Source of the DNA: Lama guanicoe
Taxonomy: Eukaryota
Length of the DNA: 64,000 nucleotides
Direction: 5' to 3'
NCBI GenBank assembly: GCA_013239625.1
Contig: MU053597.1
Span: 1,664 to 65,663, forward strand
The position numbers were made by a program, and so were the translations under genes. This document shows positions 24,996-38,723 of this stretch, one piece after another (position 1 is the first letter of the stretch; each line of letters starts with the position of its first letter). The notes below the pieces were generated by a model. The model searched no databases. It worked only from the letters and a program-made list of their open reading frames with translations, and was not told the origin of the DNA.

Positions 24996-25628
24996 AATGG
25001 GAGGTGTCGGCACTACCCCCATTCGGCCAGGCCCCGCGGTCAGCCTCCGGGAGGGGGAAAGATAAGCTACCAGGTTGCTCACCACCCACCCCGGCGCCAC
25101 CCCCTCCACACCTGCTGTTCCCTCGCCTGCTCATTTCTTCAGTCAAAGCCACTGAGCTCAGTGGGGTGTAGTGTGACTGCAGTTGGACCTGCCCCAGGGC
25201 AGGGGGAAGGCCTGTGTAGGCTGGGGGCAGCTGGTGTCACTCTGGGGAACAAAGGACTCAACTCAGGGTTTGAGCAGTGACAGGGCAGAGCCTGGGGACT
25301 TGGGAACAGACAGACATTTGAGGAGTGACAGACCATCCTTGCAGCCATCAGGACAAGGCTTCTCACTGCAACGGGCACACCGAAGGCACAGATCTCCAGG
25401 CCAGGTCCCCCAGGCTTTTTTGTGCTGGCGGCACAGACACTGGCAGCGGACCCTGAGGACTTCGAAGTTTCCTCTGCCAGAAGCACACATGCAAGCCCTT
25501 CAGAGGAGCTGAGGCCTCACCTGCCTGTACACCTGGCTGCCTTGGGGAGTGTGGGGAAGGGCAAGGGGGCCAGATTCTGAGGGGATTTGGGAGGGGCAGC
25601 CCCAGGCTTGATGATGGACAAAGCGTCA

Positions 25629-26124
25629 TGCTAACTAAACACTGGCACTTGTCATCTGCCTCTACAAGGACTGGATCACGTTGTCACCTGCCATCTAACT
25701 CTGCTTGGATTAAAGTGTGAGCCACTGCAGCCTCTGACCTCCAACACACCTGAAAGGAGTTCAGGAATGAGGCACTCTGCTCTGGGAAAACTGGTGGAGC
25801 AGGCCTTCAGACAGTTAGATATTTTCCAGAGATATTATGAGCCCAAATTCTTGTGTCTCCTCCAATCTGGAAAAACACTGAATTCATCAACGGTGACAAC
25901 CGCTCCCCCTGACCTGCAACTACCCTCTGCCTAGGTGTGCGCTTCACCGCGCACACAACTCCCTCTTCACTGAAACCACATGTAACACTGAGCTCTCCCC
26001 TGCCTCCTCAGAACAGCTTCTCACAGCTCTCTGGGACACTGTCTCCTGGGCTCTAGTCCTCTTTTTGCCCCCAATAAAACTTAGCCCACAACTCTCACAT
26101 TGTGTCGTTTTATTTTAGTCAACA
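25629..26124 (+). mobile_element. Solo ERV1-like LTR
   Basis: TG...CA ends with inverted termini TGCTAACTAAA / TTTAGTCAACA; AATAAA at ~26073; TSD not clear. Confidence 0.8.
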
Positions 26125-28293
26125 TTCCCTAAACAGACTAAGAAGTGGGGCCCTGGGGCTCCCCAGGCTTATGGCGCCCAGCCCAGGAGACCCCAAGGGA
26201 AGGTAAGGCGGGGAACTGGGTGCCCCCGGGAAGGTGCCCCCTCATCAGGCAGGATTGGTCCCCGTAAAGGTGGAGGGTCAGCAATGTGGACGGGGTGAGT
26301 TCAGTGGAAATGGGAGCAGAAGACGTGCAGACTCCTTAGAGGTCTGCTGCCCTTGCTTTCCGAGGCCCCTCACTCCCTGCCAACCACCTGCCCTACCCGC
26401 TTGATACCACAGTCCCGACTCCCAGCCCCGTTACCTCTCACACAGTCACAGCACCCTGAGTCTGGTCTGCCCCGCACCTGCCACTAGCTCACCCACCCAA
26501 CAAATGGTGCCTGCGATCCTTCACGGAGGCCACTGGGACAAGGACAACTGAGTAACACACATTTCCAAACCATGTAAGAGCTGGGGCTGACAGACGCTGG
26601 GCACAGGGCCAGGGAGCAGGTCCTTGCAGAGGGGTGACCTGCAGGTGGTAGGATGGGCCCCGGGAGTGCGACAGCAAAGGTTATGTGTCAGGAGAGGCTG
26701 AGCTGCAAGCCACATAGGGCCGGCACCTCCACTCCTGGGAACACCCATCCTGGCCACACGGCTGTCACATTCGACAGTCCCCTGCTATCAGGCCACAGTC
26801 CACCCTATGCTTAGGGGACATTCAGCTCCGAGTCCTTAGGGAGGCAAGTGCCTGCACATGGCTGACATCATCCTGGGCATTAGCAGCTGTGAAGGGAGCA
26901 GGTGGGAGCAGCAGTGATGCCTTCTCACAGGTGCCCCTTCCCTACCCGCACTAAGGCACGTCCCAAACACAAACACTGCTCCCCGCCCAGCAGTGGAGAA
27001 GGCGCCATCCTCCCCCGACCTTCACTCTCACTCATTAAGATGTTTGTATGGCCGACCCCAGCAAGGACCGCTCCTGGCCCGGGCCCAGGGCAGAACAGAA
27101 GAGACCTTGCACTTGCACCTGTTGACCACTTCCCAGGCTCGGGTTGGGTGCCCTGGGTTTCCATCCTGCCTGCACCTAACTGCAGGACACCACCCTTCCC
27201 CCTATGGGCTGTGGTCCCCACAAATGGGAGTCCCCAGGGGCTCTGGTCCCCTAGGGTTGTGGCATCCCTGCCCTCTCAGGGGCTGGGTCTGCACCGCTGT
27301 CTCCTGTGGTCCTGCAGTCTGCAGCCCTGGACCCTCCAGAGAACCAGCTGTTCGGGCTGGCAGCCCAGGAGGCGGGCAGCTGCTGGACTCACTCAAAACT
27401 TGCAGGATGGCAACGCAGGCTCTTTGGCCTCGGCCTCTCCCCCATCAAGTGTCCCCCCTGGCTCCGCAGTCTCTGGTGGCGACAAGCAAGGGAGCATGCA
27501 CGGGCTCCTGACCACCAGCACAGGGACAGGAAGCTTCTCCTTGCCCCTTTCCCCATCTCTGTATTACCAGCTTCCCATGCATTTTATCATTTAATCTTAG
27601 AAATAATCCACAGCTCAGCTCTGTAAAGAAAACTGAGGCTCAGAGAGGTGGGAGGATTGCCGGACGCCACACAGCAAGACAGTAGGAGGGCCAGGATTCC
27701 ACTTTTTCTTTGTCTCGCCATCTCACATCCCCTCCACATCGCCAAAGCCTACAGCATTTGAGCAGTGAAATCAGGACTGAGAATCACAGACCTGAAAGGA
27801 ACCCTCAAGGATGCTCTCACACCCAGACCAAATGGAGGGGGGCCTCCCTAAGGCCCATTCAACACGAGGGCGGAGCCTGATCAATGGAGGTCTCCCAGGC
27901 CATTTGCAGAGCCTTCCAGGCTGCCCTGGGCATCAGCCAAGGACTGGCCCCAAGCAGGACATGTGGGTTGTGGTCTCTGACTGGAGGACCCTTAGTTACA
28001 TCTTAGGCACACCCTGACCTGGCAAACGTCAGGGGATCCTTGGCCACCCTCCTTTCAGTTACACCTCTAGGACACATCCTCATATACCCACAACATCTGG
28101 AAGTTCTTCCCCATGTCTGACTGAAATCCTTCCTGCTGCAGAGGACACCTGTTACCATCTCTGCGACACAAGCAGCTCCTTCCTTCCTCGGGCACACAGG
28201 GACTGCTCCCACATGTGGGAGACCATTTGCTGCCTCTTGTCTGAACTTCAGAAACTTGGAATACCTGGGTCATGGATCCAGGCCCCCACTCTT

Positions 28294-29303
28294 GGGCTCA
28301 AACCTGAGGAATCTAGGTCAGTGACATCTGCTCCTCCCCACTCCCCAGGTCCAGGGTGACAGAAGGAGCTGGGGCAGGGGCCCCTCCCAGCACCAGGAGC
28401 TTGGAGCTCCTCCCTGCCTGAGTTGAAGGGGGGTTGTAGGGGGCCCCGGGCCCCTCAAATCAGAGCTCCCAGAGTAGAGGCTGTGCCTCCTCCATCAGAC
28501 CAGGGTCTCCAGGAAGGCCCAGCCACTGCCCACTCCTCTGCAGGCCACCAGTTCCTCACCACAGGCTCCTCCCACCCCACTCTGGCCAAAGCCCCCATGT
28601 CACCAAACCCCAGGGACAACCACCTGTCCCTTTCACTCCACTTCTGAGCTCTTCTTCTGCCCTCAGTCAGCACCTCAGGGCCTGACCCTGAGCTGGGACC
28701 TGAGTTTCCTCTGCTGCTCCCCAGCCCTCGGATCCCTTGGTCAGTCAAGAATACAGCCAGCAACCTCCTTCCACCCCCACACCACCCCCACCCACCCACC
28801 TCACTCCCTGGACAGCAGGGCTCAAACCTGAGGAATCTAGGTCAGTGACATCTGCTCCTCCCCACTCCCCAGGTCCAGGGTGACAGAAGGAGCTGGGGCA
28901 GGGGCCCCTCCCAGCACCAGGAGCTTGGAGCTCCTCCCTGCCTGAGTTGAAGGGGGGTTGTAGGGGGCCCCGGGCCCCTCAAATCAGAGCTCCCAGAGTA
29001 GAGGCTGTGCCTCCTCCATCAGACCAGGGTCTCCAGGAAGGCCCAGCCACTGCCCACTCCTCTGCAGGCCACCAGTTCCTCACCACAGGCTCCTCCCACC
29101 CCACTCTGGCCAAAGCCCCCATGTCACCAAACCCCAGGGACAACCACCTGTCCCTTTCACTCCACTTCTGAGCTCTTCTTCTGCCCTCAGTCAGCACCTC
29201 AGGGCCTGACCCTGAGCTGGGACCTGAGTTTCCTCTGCTGCTCCCCAGCCCTCGGATCCCTTGGTCAGTCAAGAATACAGCCAGCAACCTCCTTCCACCC
29301 CCA
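28294..29303. repeat. Apparently identical 486-bp direct repeat (28294-28779 / 28818-29303) with a 38-bp spacer
   Basis: Offset 524; identical ORF translations at 28423 and 28947. Confidence 0.97.
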
Positions 29304-32301
29304 GCCCCGTTCAGAGACGGCCCACACTCTGTCTATGGCGTGTGTACCTACTTTTACTCTGAGCACCCAACCCCATTCACAGCGTGTCAGGCCAGTCACT
29401 GCCATGGTAAGCTGCCCCTCCGGTGGTGTCCGAGGCCTGCACACCTGCCAGCTGCATACCACCTGCGGGTCCTCCCATCTCTGCCCAGTTCTCCCACCAC
29501 GTGATGGCCTTATTTTCCTGCTGGCATCATCCTCTGGGAGGGCGGGAACAGAATCTGGCTTGCTCACCACGCTGCCTGCACCCCAGTAGGGGCAGAGTGC
29601 CCACCCAAGACTTGCTATGCAGGAACAAGTGAGGCCCCGTGGCCGGACAGCATGGCCCCTCCCTGCCCCTGCAACCTGGCGGCAACCTCCAGGACCCCCC
29701 CTCCTCCCTCCCAATCATACCCACACGCCCATCAGCAACCAGCCTTCATGTCAAAATGCACTGAGACTCTCACTGCTATTTTCCATTCCGTAGCCACCAC
29801 CCCGGTGGGACCCACTGCCAGCCTCCGCCCTGCTTGCCTCTGCCTGTACCCAGCACAGTGCCATCATCGGAAATATGACAGGACACATGCTCTGCTCAAA
29901 ACTTTCCTGCTGTTCCCTCCTCACTCAGAAGAAAGGTCATGCTGCCCTCAGGGACGCCACAGGCCCAAGCAACTGGCCCACCTTCCCTGACCCTCCCCAC
30001 TTCCCCCCTTGAGTACACCCATCCAGCCACACTCAGACAGGGAACCCCAGCTCCCTGCAACCCCGACCTCGGAGACCTGCCTCATTCCGACTTCAGTCCC
30101 TGTGCGGGGCCACAGCCTTATCCTGATGTCTCCTCAGGTGGTCACTAAGAGAAAGCAGCCTGGCTCCTGTCACCAGCTACCAGAGGGCAGTAGCCTGGCA
30201 CCCACCCAGCTCAGAACGCCCCCCAGGGGACCTCCCCTGGGGCCCCGGTGTGTCAGAGCCTGGGAGGAGGCTCAGCCTGCAGCTCCCCTGCCGTCCTGCT
30301 CCCTGCAAAGCTCCCTGCTGGTCCAGCCCAGCCCCATGAGGGGGAACTGGACAGCTGAGGCTACTGCGGGCCACTCAGGGCTGAGCTGCATCCCCTGTGA
30401 AGTAGGCACACATCTTCACCCTGCGTGCTGTTCAGGGAGACAACAGGGATACAGGGCTCAGCACAGGGCCCGGCACGCTCATGGGAGATCAGGGGACAGT
30501 AGCACAGACTGTGCGTGGAGAGCGCAGCCTACCTGCCCGCCCACTGAGCCTGGGCCTTCTCGGCATTCAGGATGCCTCGCGCAGGCCCACAAAGCAGGTG
30601 TTGTTATAGGACTGTGGGCATCAGGGTCCCCTGGGGTTTGATGGGCTAATTCACACTGGAGTGGGAAGGACTCATATCTGTCCTCCCACACAGCACAAAG
30701 AAGCCAGGATGGGTGCAGCTAGCCCCACTGATGGAACAGGGAGCGGGCAAGGTGCCTCTATAGACAGGGGCTTCTAGGAGCCCCTCTAAATGCCTCAGCT
30801 GGGCCTTTGGGCCCCTGAAACCACCCGTGCCAGGTACAAGCGCCGCTAAATCACGCTTCACACGTCCAGAGTGCCAACCTCCCACCTCTGCCTATCGACT
30901 TCCAAGCCACAGACCAAGGCTTCTGCTGTGTTGCCTCCTCCAGGGAACCCACCTGAATGAGCTGTGAGTTCCTGAGCAGTGCACCTGGCTCCTCCAACAG
31001 GTCCTGCCTGGCTGCTGGGCTGGGGCTCCCTGCCTGGGGCCCACCTCCCGCAGCAGCAGGAGATCATCAGGGCTCTCAAGTCCCCCCGCAGTCCCGGCGG
31101 CCCTGCCCACACACACCAGCTGGGATGGAGCTGCTCGGGGCTCAGAACACAGGTGCCCTCTCCTGACTCCAAGTCTTTATCTTGGCCGTTCCCTCTGACC
31201 ATATCCCCTCCTGTCCCCTGGCTGACTCAGCTTCATCCTTTAGGGCTCTCCCGAGGCCCTGCCATCTCCTGGCAGCCTCCTCAACCTCCCACTTTGTGCC
31301 CAGCTCCCATCTGACCACTAGCCTGTGAGAACCCCCCTCCCCGGGCAGGCCAATGTCTGCTTCCCCGGATCAGTGCCATGTCCTCTCTGTTGGACGGTCT
31401 AGGGGCAATGCTTGCGACCCGAGAGAATCCTGCGGGGTGGAGACGTGCCTGACTTTGGTCGTGCTAAGTACGCTGCTGGGTGACAGCCATGCACCCTCAG
31501 GCGTGTTCCTGCCCATGGAGGGCGGGCTCTCCAGGCACTGACGATGTCTAAGGCCCACTTAGCAACCACGGGTCTATGACCAATCTCCTGGCTCCCACGT
31601 GGTGCCGGCCATGCTCTGAGTCAGAGCTTCCAGCCGCTGGCCTGTCCCAAGGGTGGAAACCTGGCCATCCTCAGGGTCTAGTGGCTCTTCATCTGACCCA
31701 CCCCACCCACCAGGGCAGGGCCACAGAGCCAAGGCAGCCTGCCTGGCGGAACAGGAACCCAGCAGAAGGGGGGCCCTGAGCTCCCCAGCCCTCCAAAGAC
31801 GTGGTCTGCACTGTGGGTGCCAGGGTCCCACAACCCCAGGGCACCTGCTGACTCTGCCCAGCTCAGAGGCCTGCACCCCTGCCTGAGCCCTTTGTCCCTC
31901 ACTCAAACCTTCACCTGGTGCACCTCTGGCCCAGCTCTGTCCAGCCAGCCACCTACTCATGCCAGCTGTGGGGCCAGCCCCTCGACACCCACAACCCATC
32001 ACACTCCAACCACTGGCGCAGCTGGACCTCAAGCCAATAGGTCACTCACTCAGCAAGTGCATGCCTGGCCGGCCTGGTCAGGCTGCATGCTGGGTGCTGG
32101 GCACCTGCATGGGCGCCAGTAGATCCCAACCCAAACCTCCTCACCTTCACCAGCCCAGCTCTGTCTCCTCCAAGACACCTTCCCAGACTGCGTGGCCCCA
32201 TGAGCGCTCCCCTCTTCCCTCCCACCCAGCCCCCTCACCTACTCCACCTCATTAATTGCCCCGGGTGTGTCCTGGTTCCCACAAGGAGGGGGGCTTCATA
32301 T

Positions 32302-32857
32302 TGTAACAGAGAACAAATCTGCCTCCACATTGGATGTGCTCCTTCAGTTTTAACCACTGGGCCCTGTTTTCCAGGCTCAGTCTTGCCAGCTCTGCACCTT
32401 TTGGGAAACAATGTTGCCTTTAGCCTGAAATAGACAGGAGAGCCTACTCTCAGGGCTCTGACCTCTAAGGATGCCAGCACTTCTGCACTTCTGCAGAGAT
32501 GGCAAGTTGCAAAACAGAATAACCTTTGCTTTGTTGGAGGTTTACAGGAACACCAGGGCCTGGCCCACATGGACAGCTGCAAGAACAAAGCATTCCTACA
32601 GCAAGAAGTTTGCAACAACGAACCCACCCTCTCTCTCTCTCTCGCGCTCGCTCGCTCGCTCGCTCTCTCTTTTTTTTTTTTTTTATAAAAGAAGCCTGTA
32701 TTCTGACTGGAGCAGGATGGTTCTCCAAGACATTGGTCTGCCATCCTCTTGGCCTCCTGGTTTTCCAAATAAAGTCACTATCCCTTACCCCAACAACTCG
32801 TCTCCCGATTTACTGGCCTGTTGTGCAGCGAGCAGAACGAGTTTGGACTCGGTAACA
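32302..32857 (+). mobile_element. Solo ERV1-like LTR (MER39/LTR39-type ends)
   Basis: TGTAACAG...TTTGGACTCGGTAACA, TATAAAA ~32684, AATAAA ~32768, near-TSD ATAT/ATTT, internal (CT)n(CTCG)n(T)n. Confidence 0.88.
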
Positions 32858-32879
32858 ATTTCCCCCGAATTGCTGAGGC

Positions 32880-33035
32880 AACCCCCAACGCCACCTTAAC
32901 TGTCACCACAGCGTCCACCCTCATGGTCCTCACTGAAACCACCACCAGCACCATCACCACCACCGTTACCACTGCCAGCACCAGCGCCACCAGTATGATG
33001 ACCTCATCACCATCACCACCGCCACCATTACCACT
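32880..33035. repeat. (CCA/CAC)n-rich low-complexity tract
   Basis: accaccagcaccatcaccaccacc... Confidence 0.8.
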
Positions 33036-36000
33036 CCCAGCGCCCTGCAGCTGCCCTGCGCACCCTCCACTAGTGCAGGCATCCTCCCAGAGCTACCCTG
33101 CGCTGTTCCCCAGCCTGTCCGGCAGATCCTGTGAGCTCAGGGCTGTCCACACTCGCTGCTTACCCTGACTGTCAGGCCTCACCCCTGACGCTCAAGTCAC
33201 TTGGGAACACCCCACTCATAGGACTGCATGCCCCTACCACTGACACACACGGGGCCTGCAGGGGTCGGAAAACACAGGGACCAGATGCAGCCAGACGCAG
33301 CCCTGCAGGAGACTCCTGTGCCCTAAACTCCACCCAGGAATGCTCCCCACACCCAGATGCCCCCTGCCCCTGCCACAGCAGTGTATCCCGACCCTCACGC
33401 ACATGTCTGTGGTCCCACCACACAGGACCCCGCCCAGCCCCCTAGACACCAGGGAAACCACTGGCCCAGCAGCCACCAACAGTACCCTTCAGCCAGCACA
33501 GGAGAAATCGGGCTGGGAACTGGCTGGCTCTGACAGTGAGCTGGACACCCTTCCGCTTGCCCCCCCTGGCCTGCCTCTTCACTGCCCTCTCCAAGGAAAC
33601 CAGGGACAGGGATGGGGCAAGGCTGTTAAGGGGCCCAGGACATGCACTTGGGTGAGGACCCCAGGGAGGGGGCTGGGCCTGGGTCCTGAGTGTCCCCCAG
33701 GACAGCAGCAGGGCTGGGGTCGGCCCAGGCAGGGAGAGAGCAGACTGGCATGACCTATGGGGCCACCCTGGGCCTGTCAATGGCACTACGTGCCCCAGTC
33801 TCCTAAGCCAGGCCGGCCTAAAGGTGCCTGGAGTGAGTCAGGTTTTGAGATAGGACCCAAAAGACTGTGCGGGAAGGTCACACCCTCCACCAGCCAGTCC
33901 CAGTGTCTGCTCTGCCAGCTCAGTGAGGGTGCCAAGTGCCCACTAATTAGGGAAACCCCAACCCAACGGTACAGGAGCCACTTAAAGGACTTCTGAGAGC
34001 TTTTGTGGTTGCCGTGCATGTGAACCCAGGAGAACAAGACACGGTGGGTATGAACTCTACCCTTCCTGGCGCCTACGTGGGATTAGCGTCAGGCAGAACA
34101 CCTCCTGAAACGCTGGCATAGCAGGAGGAGCACCGTGGAGGGTGTCTGGCCCAGGCCTGGCCTGTACCGACGTCCCTACGCTGGGCCTCACCTCCACTGT
34201 TTTCAAGGGATGGCACAGCAGGTGATTTCGAAAGATCTTGCCAGCTCTCACTTTTGTGCTCTATGTAACTCTGGGTTATTCATTTTTAAAATGGGAACTG
34301 CACAACACATGCAGCCGCCATGAGTGAAAGACCCAGCGAGCTGTCCGATCAGAACCACAGGAAATGAACTCCCTGGATGTGCTCCTGGCCTTCCTTAACC
34401 CCGGCACCAGTCCATCCTCCTGGGCCCGTCCTCCACCCACCCACCCGAACATCTGGGAATTCTGCAAAGATCCCCTTTCCCTTCCTAATGGCCCTGCTCC
34501 CAAGGCCCTCACTACCATCGGCCAGCCTGGTGAAGGGGTCTTGGGGGGATGGGGACGTGAGCCCTGTTGGGAGAAGTCACCTCATGTGTACAAGTTGAGC
34601 CCGTGTGTGCAAGTGTGTGTGTACAACTGGGGGTGAGACAGGCAGGGGTTTTGTGCTGTGGGTGGAAACCTCTGACTCAGACGTTCCAAGACGAGCATGT
34701 CACATGGCTGACAGTTGCACATGGCTGGAAGAGGGGGGGCCCTCCAAGCACATAACACGTGCATAATTACACACAGACGCACACAAGTGACTGCAGATGA
34801 GACACGGAATCAGGGCTCAATGTGTAACCAGAGTCAAGACTCAGGGTGTGACCAGTGACCAGGACTCAATCTGAGTCCGGAATCTAGGCTCCATCAGTGA
34901 CCAGGGACAGAGTCATGGATCACAGTCTATGGATCAAAACATCAAGTACTACTCAGATGATGGTCACATCACTGACGGTGCTCAGCCTCCAGCGGCCCCC
35001 CAAACACACAAAATTCTGGAGACACGTGAGAATCTTTCTCACCCAAACACACACAAACACAGGCCCATGAAAGCACAGACCCAATCTCTGGACTCACTGG
35101 TGGAAGCCGACCTGGGGTCCTGTCCCTGGTCCCCACTTTAGGAAACACTTGATTCCTCTGAGCCCGTTTATGTGAGGAGTGGCTACTTGGGCATGGAAGG
35201 AGGTTCCGTCCAGCAAAGACCAGAGCAAAGGGGGAAGACTGGGGGAGGGGCAGCGACAGACCCCACCCTCCCCTGCCTAGCCCTGGCCTTTGGCCCCAGG
35301 CTGTCCAGTTCTGGATCAGATACCGCACTCCTCATCCTGAGCTGGACCACGGTCCTTCCTAAGCTTCGGCTTCCCCAGATGTAACATAGTTAGCCAGGCT
35401 CCTAAGGCCGTACCCAGGACTGAACTGGGAGCTTGTGGGCAAAATGTGTTCTGGGGCACCTTCCCGCTGGCCTCAGAGCCCTGGGCCCAGGCACAGAGAC
35501 CCTAACAGTGTCATCTACTCAGAGGTGACCTGGGGTGGGCAGTGGGTGGGCCCCCCACACCTGAGGTGGAGGCCATGGCCAGTGATAAGCACCCCATGGA
35601 CCTGGCTGCAGCCCACTCCCCATCACCTCTCTGACCCCACCTGCAAACAGGCTGACTCTGGTCCCGAGCATGGGAGGCTGAGGCTCCCAGAGGGTGGAAT
35701 CGGCCCCAGGTCACACAGCCCTGGGGACTGCGAACTTCACACTCACTGGGCTGGCCAGACTGCTCACAGCCTGCTGCCCTGGGGGCCAAGGGGCTGGGTC
35801 CACATCTCTGGAAAGAAATTTACCACCAAGATCTTGAAACTCTTCAGGGGACTCAATGCCTAGGGAACAATCAGAAATGTGAGCAGAGCTGTCTTAGCGA
35901 GGGTGCTGGGCCACTGGGTGAATGGGCACCCCCAGGGCACTGCAGGCAGCCGTCGAACAGCCAGTGGGGAGGGTTTCCGGCCTGTGGGGAGGGGCTTGTG

Positions 36001-36675
36001 CTGACATCAGGGGCCAGATTAAACGGACCTGCAGTCACAGTGTAACCTCCCATGATGGCCAGCCTGGGCCCTACAAGCACATGGGCCCTCTTTCTTCCTT
36101 TTTCTTTTTTCAAACTTTTTTGACACTCCACTTTGAACAGAGAGCTTGCACCATGTGCAAAACCCAGAGAAAAGCAGTTGACTGCAACCAAAGCCAGAGA
36201 GCCAGTTTCCCAAGGCTATGGGGTCCGCCCCTGCTCTCCCCCAGCCCAGGCCTCTGCCCCAGCCCATCTTCACAACCGCAGACCCAGAGTTGGAAAGGGC
36301 AGTGGAGTCTGCTATACGGCCCTGGACACTTCCACCACAGGGTCTTTGCACTGCCTGCTCCTTCTGCCAAAATGCTTGTCCCCAGACAGCCACGTGCACA
36401 GTACTGTCAGGCCTCTGCTCAAGCACCACCCCACAGAGGCTTCTGTGAACCTGCCCTGAAAGGCACCTCACCCCACCTGCCACTCGGTATATTAACTCCA
36501 CTTCCTGGCCTGTGCCATGACCTGACAGTTTCACAGGGATCCATACGTTCCCACTTTCCTGTCCCTCCTCACTGGGGATCAAAGGAGGCTGAGGTCTTGA
36601 GTGATTACTGACCACCAACAAGGCAGTCCTCCTAGACCAGTACCTTGTCAGGGGTCAGTAATCACTGAAGACCAG

Positions 36676-36890
36676 ATGGATGGATGGGAGGATATGTGGA
36701 TATGTGGATGGGTGGATGGATGGGTGGGTAGATGGACTGATGGATTGGGGGGCTGGATGGGTGGATGAGTGAGTGAATGGGTGGATAGATAGGTGGGTGG
36801 ATAGCCAAGGGAGAGGATGGATACAAGGTGGGTGGGTGGATACTTGAGCAGGCGGACAGAGAGACAGGTGGATGGAGGATGCATGGATGA
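36676..36890. repeat. Degenerate (TGGA)n simple repeat
   Basis: gatggatggatggg...gtggatggatgggtggg. Confidence 0.9.
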
Positions 36891-38017
36891 TGGTCACATC
36901 CCTCCTGGACAACTTCCATAGTTGCTGACACGTAGCCCTACAAACTGGCCCCACACCCCTTGCAGCCTCCCCCCCGGCACCCATCCATCCTCCTCTCCAA
37001 GGTCGCCTACTCGTCCTGGCCTCACGTTCCTCCTGTACCCTCTAGCTTCCACACCTTTGCTCAAAGTGTGTTTCTGCCTAAAGACCTTCCTCCTCTTCTC
37101 TGACAGAAAAACACATCCTCCTCTAGGGTCAGCCAGTGTGGGAGCCTCCCTGACCTCCCTGACATACCTCCATCACTGTACCACGCTCAGCAGTAGGGAC
37201 TTGCCACACGTACCCCCCGGCCCACAGGTGGGCCTGGGGACCGGTGGAACCAGGGATGAGAGAGGCGGGTGGTGACAACGACATGCAGCTCATACAGACC
37301 CACCCCAATGGACACCAAACCTCTAGGGGGGAGGCCCAGCCACCACCAGGCCCATGTGACACATTGGGACTCGGTCACTAAGTTCTCTCCCACACCCTGT
37401 CACCACAAAGCCCGACCTTCCTCGCTTCTGGATGCTGCCCCCATTATGGGGCTTTTGCACAAACTCTTCTCTGTTACTACGTAGCCCCCCACCTGTCTCT
37501 TTGCTTCCTTGTGTCTGACAGGACACCTGGTTCTGGGCACCCACGCAGGGCCCTGTAACTCTAAATCACTGTCTGGTCAGTCCAGCCCGGTGCCCTATGC
37601 CTCTCGTTCCCCCTGCTGCAGCACCTGGCCTGGGCTGGTGATACCGCCTGACAAGGAACTGGCCAAGGGCACCAGAAGCCACCCCCTCTGCTTCCCATCT
37701 GATCACTCGGGGCCTCACCCTGCTGCGCCAGTCCTTGGCGGTGCTCTTCCAAAGCTACACCACCTGCCTGTAACCTGGCCGGTGTTGGGGGGACCACCAC
37801 ACCCCTCTGGATCCCCAACCGTGGACTTCCCCGGGTGGGGTGGTAATCCAACTGGGAGGGACCCTGCCGCCTTAGACCCTCACCTGGGCAGGGACACCGT
37901 GCAGGACAGAGTGGGGGAGTCAGTGGCCCCCGAACCTGAAGGCAACACCCCTCCGCTGCTAGGTCGGCCTTCCCACAGGCCCACGGCCCTGAGGACACAA
38001 AGCGCAGATGAACCTGC

Positions 38018-38061
38018 AGGTCAGTTTCGGCCCACAGACTACAAGTCTGGTTGGTGGTGCC
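38018..38061 (-). pseudogene. ADGRB1: ADGRB1 GAIN/GPS exon remnant
   Basis: CCCAG|GTTNQTCSLWAETD(L) vs recalled GTTNQTCILWDETDV; 44 nt; donor reads GCAGGT. Confidence 0.9.
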
Positions 38062-38329
38062 CTGGGAGGGAGGGGGAGCTTTCAGGCCACCTGCCGGCCC
38101 TACGGGCTCCAACCAACCATCACTGCAGGGCCCAACCTGTGCCCAGCGCTCTGCCTACCCTCTTCTTGCAGAGTAAGAGTTTGAGGGGGAAGAACTGAGA
38201 CCCAGCATGGGGAAGGGACTGGCTCAGGCCCCCAAGCCCTGCTGTGTGGCCTTGGGCAGCTCCTGTCCCCTCTCGGAGCCCGGATGGGGAGCAGTAGCTA
38301 AAGCCCAGTTCTAGATGCCCCGGTAGCCA

Positions 38330-38404
38330 CTCCAGCACCTGGATCACCTCGGAGACCGCCTCCCCAAGCCGTCCACACTGAGCCTTTGCCAGCTGCTCCT
38401 GGGC
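38330..38404 (-). pseudogene. ADGRB1: ADGRB1 first GAIN exon, 3'-truncated
   Basis: AQEQLAKAQCGRLGEAVSEVIQVLE vs recalled [25 protein letters not shown]; similarity then stops abruptly. Confidence 0.88.
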
Positions 38405-38617
38405 TTGGAAGATCGAAGGGTTGGGTGCCATCACTTGCAGGTACCAAGGACTTCCCATGCCAAGAAAGTCCTCTGCAGTCCCCAGTCATGGCCATGGATG
38501 ACTTACATCCGCACAGTGTGCCACTGGGGACACAGGGTTATGTCAGAGTACAGAGGGCAGAGGAGGACCCTGGAGAGATGGGCTAGGCTGGGTAGGAGAC
38601 CCCTGTCCCAGCCTGAC

Positions 38618-38723
38618 CATTATCTGGATGTTTGGGTAGTCGATAGAGACACAGCGGATGTAGGTGGGGGCTCCCAGTAGGTGATACCCTCCTCGTCCAG
38701 CTCACAGCATCACAGGATGAGGC
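38618..38723 (-). pseudogene. ADGRB1: ADGRB1 hormone-binding-domain exon 2 remnant
   Basis: (G)[33 protein letters not shown] vs recalled [36 protein letters not shown]; one stop and a 1-nt deletion; AG/GT intact. Confidence 0.95.

Noticed and set aside
28294..29303. Direct repeats read as a pair of LTRs or a CRISPR-like repeat-spacer array
   Set aside because: No TG..CA ends, PBS/PPT or internal region; only two long units in mammalian DNA
29640..29710. GAGGGGGGTCCTGGAG...CGCCAG resembling ADGRB1 TSR1 (EGVLEEGRQC)
   Set aside because: Match is short, frame is not kept, no WSxW motif, and the position is out of exon order
35890..35990. Possible ADGRB1 GPS exon (W..GC) remnant
   Set aside because: No CLCDRLSTFAIL motif; similarity is at chance level
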